A stretch of 32,536 nt of DNA from an uncultured Thermoleophilia bacterium (GTDB lineage: Bacteria; Actinomycetota; Thermoleophilia; UBA2241). This document shows positions 26,566 through 32,536 of this stretch, in pieces. The stretch is from positions 1 to 32,536 of the forward strand of contig CAZIGT010000003.1 of NCBI GenBank assembly GCA_964538465.1. The letters run 5' to 3'. Under the pieces are notes generated by a model. It did not search any database, was not told the origin of the DNA, and saw nothing but the letters and a program-made list of their open reading frames with translations. A program made the translations under genes and the position numbers. Positions within the stretch are counted from its first letter, which is position 1; each line of letters starts with the position of its first letter.

Positions 26566-27678
26566 TCAGGTCGGCCTCCCCTCTTCGCCGACGATCAGGG
26601 TGCGGAGATGCGCGAGGAAGAAGTCGATCTCCTCGCGCGTGCCCACGCTCACACGTATCCAGCCCGGGCAGCCGAGCGCGTTGCCGTCTCGTACAATGAC
26701 TCCCCGCTCGAGCAGAGCGCCCCAGACGTCTGCCTGCGGCAGGCTGAGGCCTTCCGTGCCCACCAGCATGAAGTTGGCCTGGCTGGGCACGACCGGGCGG
26801 CCGAGCGCCTCGAGGTCGGCCGCCATGGCCTCGCGCTGGGCGATGGTCTGCTCGCGGCGCGCGAGCATCTGATCCTCGTGGCGCAGGGCCTCGACGGCCG
26901 CCACCTGCGCCACCAGGTTGACGTTGAACGGCTGCCTCACCTTGTCCAGCGCCTGCTTCACCGGCCGGGCGCACAGCCCATAGCCCACGCGCAGGCCGCA
27001 GAGGCCGTAGATCTTCGAGAACGTGCGCAGCACGATGACGTTCTCGTGATCGTCCAGGAGCTTGAGGCCGTCCTGCCAGTCGTCACGAGCCACGAACTCG
27101 TTGTACGCCTCGTCCACCACGACCAGCACGTCCGCGGGGACCTGGGCCACGAAGGCCGCCACCTGGGCAGCCGGCAGGTAGGTGCCGGTCGGGTTGTTGG
27201 GGTTGCACACAATGACCATGCGGGTGCGCGGGCCGATAGCCGCCAGCATGGCGTCCAGATCGTGCCGGAAGTCATTCAGCGGCACTGTCGTCGGCCTCGC
27301 CCTGTGCAGGAGGCAGGTCGTCGGGTAGAGCGAGAACGACGGCTGCGCGAAGACGACCTCGTCGCCCGGCTCGAGCAGAGCGTTGCCCAAGTACAGGATC
27401 AGTTCGCACGAGCCATTGCCTATCGTGATCTCGTCGGGCGACCGGTGGTACTTCTGCCCGAGCGCCGCTCGCAGGTCTGCAGTGTGTCCGTCGGGATACC
27501 GCTGCAGGCCGTCCAGTGCCGCCACGATCGCCTCCCGCACCTCGGGGAACGGCGGCAGCGGGTACTCGTTCGACGCCAGCTTCACCACCCGCTCGAGGTG
27601 GAATTCGCGCTGCACTCGCTCAATAGGGCGCCCGGGCTCATAGGGCACTATGTCATCGAGGGCGGAGACGAAACGCAT
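26566..27678 (-). CDS. hisC: Histidinol-phosphate / aromatic-amino-acid aminotransferase (HisC family)
   Basis: VPYEPG, LASNEYPLPP and RTFSKIYGLCGLRVGY (PLP lysine). It clusters with aroF-tyrA-aroA, like hisC-tyrA-aroE in B. subtilis. I prefer ATG 27676-27678 (MRFVSALDDIVPYEPG); ATG 27768 is the alternative. Confidence 0.85.
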   Translation of the reverse strand: MRFVSALDDIVPYEPGRPIERVQREFHLERVVKLASNEYPLPPFPEVREAIVAALDGLQRYPDGHTADLRAALGQKYHRSPDEITIGNGSCELILYLGNALLEPGDEVVFAQPSFSLYPTTCLLHRARPTTVPLNDFRHDLDAMLAAIGPRTRMVIVCNPNNPTGTYLPAAQVAAFVAQVPADVLVVVDEAYNEFVARDDWQDGLKLLDDHENVIVLRTFSKIYGLCGLRVGYGLCARPVKQALDKVRQPFNVNLVAQVAAVEALRHEDQMLARREQTIAQREAMAADLEALGRPVVPSQANFMLVGTEGLSLPQADVWGALLERGVIVRDGNALGCPGWIRVSVGTREEIDFFLAHLRTLIVGEEGRPT

Positions 27679-27793
27679 CCCGTGGTCTTCCTCGTCTTCG
27701 AACGGCCTGATGTCGGTGCACGGACGACCCCGTTCAACCACCGCAGGTCGAACGGCGGCCCGCTCCATCGCACAGGTGGGTCAGGGACGCATG

Positions 27794-27799
27794 AGTATA
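27794..27799 (-). promoter_or_regulatory. Putative -10 hexamer (TATACT, within GGTATATACTCAT) upstream of the aromatic gene block
   Basis: This is the only AT-rich patch in the rluB-hisC intergenic region. No convincing -35 was identified. Confidence 0.3.
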
Positions 27800-27829
27800 T
27801 ACCGAGGGCGCCAGGCGCCCGCCCTCCGA

Positions 27830-27853
27830 ACGCAGCACTCGTGGAGGCTGCGT
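27830..27853 (-). terminator. Weak hairpin after rluB (possible terminator)
   Basis: Minus-strand ACGCAGC - 10-nt loop - GCTGCGT (7 bp plus one G-U), starting ~10 nt after the rluB stop. There is no U-tract. Confidence 0.25.
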
Positions 27854-27863
27854 CGCCGGGCGC

Positions 27864-29084
27864 TCAAGCGCTCGGCGACTGCTGCTCGGCGTCTTCTTCG
27901 AGCGAGGGCGGCTCCTCGTCGGCGTCCGATCCGGCCTCGGCATGCTCATCGTCGGCTTCCAGGCCGGTCTCCGTTGCTGCGGCGCCGCCCTCCTCAGACT
28001 CTTCCTCGCCCGTCTCCCGGCCGGCCTCAGCGGGCTCCTCTTCGCCCGCGGCGCCGGCGTCAGGAGGCTCCTCGACCGCACCGGCGTCGGCCGGTGTGGC
28101 TGCAGGTGGTGCCGGTCGCTCCTCGGCCGCCAGAGTGACGGCGTGTTCCTCGGGCTCGCGATCCACGCAGACCTCGACGTGCTCGGCCGCCCGCCGAAGC
28201 GCATCGACCTCGTCGGCGCTCAGCTCGCGCCACTTGCCGGCGGCAAGGTTCGCGTCGCTCAGGGGGCCGTACCGCCGCCGCTGAAGCTCGTCGACAGGCA
28301 GTCCCAGGCTGGCGAACATGCGCCGCACCTGGCGCTTGCGCCCCTGGTGGATGGTCAGCTCCACGAGTGCCGACTTGCCGCTCTGCTTGAGCAGGCGGGC
28401 TTCCGCAGGCGCGGTCATGCCGTCGTCGAGCTCGATCCCGCTGCGCAGGGCCGCGATGTCCTGTTTACCGACGCGGCCGCGCACGCGAGCCACGTAGGTC
28501 TTGGGGACGCCGTAGCTCGGGTGCATGAGCCGGTGGGCGAGCGGTCCGTCGTTCGTGAGGACCAACAGACCGGTGGTGTCGACGTCGAGCCGTCCGACCG
28601 GGAAGAGGGTGCGGCCGTCGGGCACCAGGTCGACGACCAGGCGTTCGGCGTGCGGATCGCTCCGAGTGGAAGCCATACCGCGGGGCTTGTTGAGGAGGAC
28701 GTAGCGGAGCGGTCGCATGGCCACCTCCGCGCCGTCGACAGCCACCACGTCTTCGGGGCCGACCTTGTGACGGGGAAAGTCCACGGCCGCGTCATTCACC
28801 GTCACGCGGCCGGCGCGGATGATCTCGTCGCAGCGCCGGCGCGAGCCGATGCCGGCGCGGGCGAGGAACGCCACGAGCGTGCCGGGCGGCAGTTGCTCCT
28901 CCTTCTGCGGCTGCGGCTTCGGCTGCCGCGAACGACCCTCGGCCGGCTCCTTGGCGGTCCCGCGCCGTCGCCGGCCCCGGCTCCTCCGGTCACCGCGCTC
29001 GCGGCCGGGGCGCTGCTCGCCTTCTCCGCGGCGGCGCTTCTGCGCATCGCCACTCGCGCCGTCGCGTTTTCGCTCCTCGGTCAT
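27864..29084 (-). CDS. rluB: 23S rRNA pseudouridine synthase, RluB/RsuA family, with long charged terminal tails
   Basis: S4 domain (LVAFLARAGIGSRRRCDEIIRAGRVTVN) and catalytic motif FPVGRLDVDTTGLLVLTNDG. The ATG overlaps the scpB stop (ATGA). It follows scpB, as in Actinobacteria and Firmicutes. Confidence 0.88.
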   Translation of the reverse strand: MTEERKRDGASGDAQKRRRGEGEQRPGRERGDRRSRGRRRRGTAKEPAEGRSRQPKPQPQKEEQLPPGTLVAFLARAGIGSRRRCDEIIRAGRVTVNDAAVDFPRHKVGPEDVVAVDGAEVAMRPLRYVLLNKPRGMASTRSDPHAERLVVDLVPDGRTLFPVGRLDVDTTGLLVLTNDGPLAHRLMHPSYGVPKTYVARVRGRVGKQDIAALRSGIELDDGMTAPAEARLLKQSGKSALVELTIHQGRKRQVRRMFASLGLPVDELQRRRYGPLSDANLAAGKWRELSADEVDALRRAAEHVEVCVDREPEEHAVTLAAEERPAPPAATPADAGAVEEPPDAGAAGEEEPAEAGRETGEEESEEGGAAATETGLEADDEHAEAGSDADEEPPSLEEDAEQQSPSA

Positions 29085-29656
29085 GAGAGACGCCGTTCCG
29101 CATTCGCCAACAGACGGGTACGCAGCTCCTCGATGTCGTCGACGCCGGGGGCGAACCCCTCGAGCGGCGGCAGCTCGGCGATGTCGCCCAGCCCGAAGAG
29201 AAGCAGGAAGCGCTCAGTGGTGCCGTAGAGTATTGGCGCACCGGGCGCATCTGCACGCCCGCGCTCCTCCACCAGGCCGCGTTCCTCGAGTGCCGTGAGA
29301 GCCCATTCCGAGGAGACGCCTCGTACCTTCGCCACATCGGCCCGGGTGCTCGGCTGAAGATATGCCACCACCGCCAGCGTCTCGAGGAGCGCCGGAGAGA
29401 GATCCTCCGGCGCGCGACCGCCGCCGTAGGCGATGACAGCCTTCTCACAGTCCGCAGCTACCACCAACTGGAATCCTCCGGCCACCTCGCGGAGCTCCAG
29501 GCCGTGGCGGCCGGAGGCGTACTCGCTCGCGAGGGCGGCAACGGCGCCGGCGGCGTCCGCCTCCTCCGCGGCGCACGCCGCGGCCAGCTCCGCGAGCGGT
29601 ACCGGCCGCGGCGCAAGGAAGAGGATGGCTTCAAGGCTTCGGGTGAGTGCGTCCAT
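29081..29656 (-). CDS. scpB: Segregation and condensation protein B
   Basis: 191 aa with the ScpB-like N-terminus LEAILFLAPRPVPLAELA and a second winged-helix segment (LETLAVVAYLQPSTRADVAKVRGV). Confidence 0.88.
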   Translation of the reverse strand: MDALTRSLEAILFLAPRPVPLAELAAACAAEEADAAGAVAALASEYASGRHGLELREVAGGFQLVVAADCEKAVIAYGGGRAPEDLSPALLETLAVVAYLQPSTRADVAKVRGVSSEWALTALEERGLVEERGRADAPGAPILYGTTERFLLLFGLGDIAELPPLEGFAPGVDDIEELRTRLLANAERRLS

Positions 29657-29722
29657 GTTCTCTGATGTGGTGCGGGCCTTCGCCGCTCGCCGCGCAATGC
29701 TACCGCAAGCGCTCCACGAGGG

Positions 29723-30478
29723 TCACCCAATCGCCTCAGCGACCCGCAACGGCGTGACCACGATGTCGGCGAAGGCGCGGGTCTGACGGAGCTGGGCCTC
29801 GCCGCGGTTGTGCAGCTCGAGCAGCGCGAAGAATGTGACCGCTCGTTCCAGGCGTCCTTTGGGCGCGACAGCGTGGAACGAGAATCCGCCGTCGCGCACG
29901 AGCAGGACCCTGAGGCGACGGAGTTCCTCGACCAGGCTGATCGCCACGTTCGTGATGTGGCTGCTGTCGGGCAGCGCCGGCTCGCGCAGCAGCGGCGCCA
30001 TCGCGTCCGCCAGCAGGCTCGCCTGCAGCTTCTGCTCGCCGACATCCCGGCACGAGAACCGGGCGGGCAGCGCGGCCGTGCGCCAGACGCGGCCGGCCTG
30101 CGCTGCCCAGCGCTCTTGGAGCGAGTCCGCGGCGCTGCGAAACTGTGTGTAGCGGACCAGCGACGCGAGCAGCTCCTCGCCGGCCGCCTCGGCTTCGATC
30201 TCCTCACCTTCGTCGTCCCAGCCCGGCAGCGACAGGAGGAGGCGGGACTTCATCTCCAGTAGCGTGGCGACGTGGACGAGGAACTGCGATGTGGCGTCGA
30301 GGTCGAAATCGCCTGTGTCGGCGAGACGGACCATGTAGTCGCCAATGAGCCGGGAGACGCTGACCTCCCACAGATCGATCTCCTCGCGCAGTACGAGAGT
30401 GACGAGAAGATCGAAGGGACCGCTGAAGACGTCGAGATCGACGTGCAGACCGCCGGGATACCCGCGGAGGACAGTCAC
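29723..30478 (-). CDS. scpA: Segregation and condensation protein A (kleisin)
   Basis: 251 aa: LDVFSGPFDLLVTLVLREEIDLWEVSVSRL, the typical ScpA N-terminus. GTG start at 30476-30478 forms GTGA with the ftsZ stop. Confidence 0.88.
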   Translation of the reverse strand: MTVLRGYPGGLHVDLDVFSGPFDLLVTLVLREEIDLWEVSVSRLIGDYMVRLADTGDFDLDATSQFLVHVATLLEMKSRLLLSLPGWDDEGEEIEAEAAGEELLASLVRYTQFRSAADSLQERWAAQAGRVWRTAALPARFSCRDVGEQKLQASLLADAMAPLLREPALPDSSHITNVAISLVEELRRLRVLLVRDGGFSFHAVAPKGRLERAVTFFALLELHNRGEAQLRQTRAFADIVVTPLRVAEAIG

Positions 30479-31704
30479 TCCCTGTTGTCCTCCTCCGCCT
30501 GTCGCAGGAAGGAAGGTATCTCGAGCTCACTCTCATCGAACGCGGGGGCGCTCTCGAAGAGCGGCGTCCCGAGGTCTTCCGGCGATACGGGCTTGGCCTG
30601 CGGCGTGGGCCATTCCGGCGCGGTGTCTGTGATCGGGCCGCGATCCCCGAAGCCGGTGGCTATGACTGTCACCGCGATGCTGCCGGAGAGGCGCGCGTCC
30701 ATGAGCGCGCCGAAGATGATGTTCGCGTCCTCGTGCGCGGCGTCTGCTATGACGCCCGCAGCCTCGTTCACCTCGTAGAGCGACAGGTCCTCGCCGCCGG
30801 TGATGTTCAACAGGATTCCTCGAGCTCCCTCGATGGACGTCTCGAGCAGCGGCGAGGTGATCGCGGCCTGGGCGGCCTGCACGGCACGGTTGTCGCCTTC
30901 GCCCATGCCCACGCCCATGAGCGCTGTGCCCGCGCTCTGCACGATGGTACGTACGTCCGCGAAGTCGAGGTTGATGAGACCCGGTATGGTGATCAGGTCG
31001 GTAATGCCCTGCACGCCCTGCCGGAGCACATCGTCGGCGAACCTGAACGCGTCGACGACCGACGTGTTGCGGTCCACGACCTTGAGCAGGCGGTCATTTG
31101 GAATGGTGATGACCGTATCGGCCGCCTGGCGGAGGAGGTCTATGCCCATGTCCGCCTGGCGCATGCGCAACTGGCCTTCGAAGACGAACGGCCTGGTGAC
31201 TATGGCTACGGCCAGCGCCCCGACCTCACGTGCCACGGCGGCCACGACGGGCGCGCCCCCGGTACCGGTACCGCCACCCTCTCCCGCCGTGACGAACACC
31301 AGGTCGGCGCCGCGCAGGGCCTGCTTGATCTCGTCACGCGAGTCGTCGGTGGCGCGGCGCCCGACCTCGGGGTCTGCCCCGCCGCCGAGCCCGTGCGTGA
31401 TCTCCTGGCCGATGTGGATCTTCACGTCGGCGTCGCAGATGGCCAGCGACTGCACGTCCGTGTTGATGGCGATGAACTCCACCCCACGTATGCCGGAGTC
31501 GACCATGCGGTTCACGGCGTTCGTGCCGGCGCCGCCGACGCCCACCACCTTGATGGTGGTGACGTAGGCCCGATCGCCGCCGATCGTGGGCTCGTCCATG
31601 CGATCCGGTGAGGGCGGCAGGCTGCCGGGCTTGCTCGCCGCATCATCGTCTGTACGGCGGAACAGCTCGTTCAGTCCGTCATGCATGCTGGCGCGCTTTT
31701 CCAT
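30475..31704 (-). CDS. ftsZ: Cell division protein FtsZ
   Basis: IKVVGVGGAGTNAVNRM, tubulin signature GGGTGTG, T7 loop NLDFADV, and the C-terminal peptide LEIPSFLRQ. The start is uncertain: ATG 31702-31704 (GAGGTG 6 nt upstream) is chosen; ATG 31686 and ATG 31599 (MDEPTIGG) are alternatives. Confidence 0.9.
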   Translation of the reverse strand: MEKRASMHDGLNELFRRTDDDAASKPGSLPPSPDRMDEPTIGGDRAYVTTIKVVGVGGAGTNAVNRMVDSGIRGVEFIAINTDVQSLAICDADVKIHIGQEITHGLGGGADPEVGRRATDDSRDEIKQALRGADLVFVTAGEGGGTGTGGAPVVAAVAREVGALAVAIVTRPFVFEGQLRMRQADMGIDLLRQAADTVITIPNDRLLKVVDRNTSVVDAFRFADDVLRQGVQGITDLITIPGLINLDFADVRTIVQSAGTALMGVGMGEGDNRAVQAAQAAITSPLLETSIEGARGILLNITGGEDLSLYEVNEAAGVIADAAHEDANIIFGALMDARLSGSIAVTVIATGFGDRGPITDTAPEWPTPQAKPVSPEDLGTPLFESAPAFDESELEIPSFLRQAEEDNRE

Positions 31705-32446
31705 TGAGCACCTCGCGTGCAACCGCTCTGTAGGCTTCTGCGCCGGGCCCCTTGCCATCGTACTTCAAGATGGAGCGGCCCTGTACCGGCGCCTCGGCGA
31801 AGCGGATCGTCTTGCGTATCGCCGTCTGGAAGACGAGCTTACCGAAATGCTCCTTCAGTACGTTCACCGCTTCCTGCCCGTGGACCGTGCGCGCGTCGAA
31901 CATCGTGGGAAGGATACCGCGTATGCGCACCTCTGGATTGAGATTCTCGCGGATCATCTCCAGGGTCCGTTCGAGCTGTGCCAGGCCGCGAAGCGACAGG
32001 TACTCGCACTGGACCGGGACGATCACGCTCTCAGCTGCCGTGAGGGCGTTGATGGTGAGCAACCCCAGAGACGGCGGCGTGTCGACCAGGATGTAGTCGT
32101 AGTCCTCGAAGACCGGCTGGAGGCCACGCTGCAGCGCGCGCTCGCGGCCTATGATCGACGAGAGAGCCAGTTCGGCGCCCGCGAGATCGATGCTGGCGGC
32201 AGCCACGTCGATCTCGCCCGGCAGGATGACTTCGTTCACCGGCGTCTGCCCCAGGAGCACGTCGTACATGCTCGCCGGCAGTGCCTCGGGGTCGAACCCC
32301 AAGCACATGGTGAGGTTGGCCTGCGGGTCCATGTCCACGCCGAGGACCCGCCAGCCCATCTCACGCAGAGCGGCCCCCACATTGATGGTGGAGGTCGTCT
32401 TGGCCACGCCGCCCTTTTGGTTTGCAAAGGCGATAACGTGCGCCAC
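31679..32446 (-). CDS. Orphan ParA/Soj-family ATPase (Rv1708/PldP-like)
   Basis: 255 aa with the deviant Walker A NQKGGVAKTT, plus DMDPQANLT, VDTPPSLGLLTINAL and IRFAEAP. From memory it resembles M. tuberculosis Rv1708, including the DPxxLPxSxxxVLLG stretch. GTG start (cac at 32444-32446) with AAGGAG 9 nt upstream. No parB or parS was seen. Confidence 0.85.
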   Translation of the reverse strand: MAHVIAFANQKGGVAKTTSTINVGAALREMGWRVLGVDMDPQANLTMCLGFDPEALPASMYDVLLGQTPVNEVILPGEIDVAAASIDLAGAELALSSIIGRERALQRGLQPVFEDYDYILVDTPPSLGLLTINALTAAESVIVPVQCEYLSLRGLAQLERTLEMIRENLNPEVRIRGILPTMFDARTVHGQEAVNVLKEHFGKLVFQTAIRKTIRFAEAPVQGRSILKYDGKGPGAEAYRAVAREVLNGKARQHA

Positions 32447-32470
32447 GGCCGTGCGCTCCTTTCTTGCCCC

Positions 32471-32536
32471 TTACACGACCCGCAGGGCGGCGCTCGCGTT
32501 CCCCTCGGCGCAGCCGCTGCGTTCGCCCCGACCGCC
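32471..32536 (-). CDS. 3' end of an unidentified upstream CDS (continues beyond the right edge of the window)
   Basis: The minus-strand frame ending ...AEGNASAALRVV-TAA (stop at 32471-32473) has strongly GC-biased third positions. It is too short to identify. Confidence 0.35.
   Translation of the reverse strand, partial: GGRGERSGCAEGNASAALRVV

Noticed and set aside
1-32536. A search for mobile elements, CRISPR arrays, toxin-antitoxin pairs, restriction, defence or secondary-metabolite genes, and for a hidden novel multi-gene system.
   Set aside because: Every gene-sized interval is occupied by a recognisable housekeeping gene. Intergenic gaps are at most ~185 nt. I saw no direct-repeat arrays, terminal inverted repeats, integrase or transposase motifs, or compositionally atypical (AT-rich) islands. 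By-eye repeat detection is limited, so a self-dot-plot and a k-mer repeat scan would be the proper confirmation.

Overview
This is a very GC-rich, extremely gene-dense chromosomal segment. The gene order looks like a high-GC Gram-positive bacterium: mostly Actinobacteria-like blocks, with some Firmicutes-like ones. I recognise 32 protein genes plus one gene fragment. All are on the minus strand except rpmB, and all are core housekeeping genes.

In minus-strand transcription order (right to left) they are:
- an orphan ParA-like ATPase, ftsZ, scpA, scpB, rluB
- an aromatic amino-acid block: hisC-like aminotransferase, DAHP synthase, tyrA, aroA
- cmk, plsC, ispH
- a PDZ/radical-SAM/DUF512 protein, der, plsY, gpsA
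- metK, priA, def, fmt, rsmB, rpe
- an FMN riboswitch followed by ribD-ribE-ribBA-ribH
- a convergent terminator, then rpmB on the plus strand
- a DUF1858 CxxC protein, asp23-like, yloV (DAK2), degV, and the 5' part of recG

The long plus-strand ORFs in the track are antisense shadow ORFs of these genes. I saw no tRNA, rRNA, CRISPR array, transposase, integrase, phage gene or recognisable defence gene, and I found no convincing evidence for a wholly new system.

The most unusual item is a canonical ftsZ wedged between the orphan ParA-like gene and scpAB, apparently translationally coupled and with no dcw genes nearby. Lesser oddities:
- the uncharacterised radical-SAM/DUF512 gene coupled to der
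- 4-nt start/stop overlaps at 11 gene junctions
- overlapping divergent promoters at rpmB
- charge-segregated tails on RluB
- a DEEQ variant of PriA motif II

The ORF track translates GTG and TTG starts as M, and several true starts lie inside the listed ORFs. I re-derived those starts by reading the sequence. Coordinates of non-CDS features are hand-counted and may be off by 1-2 nt.
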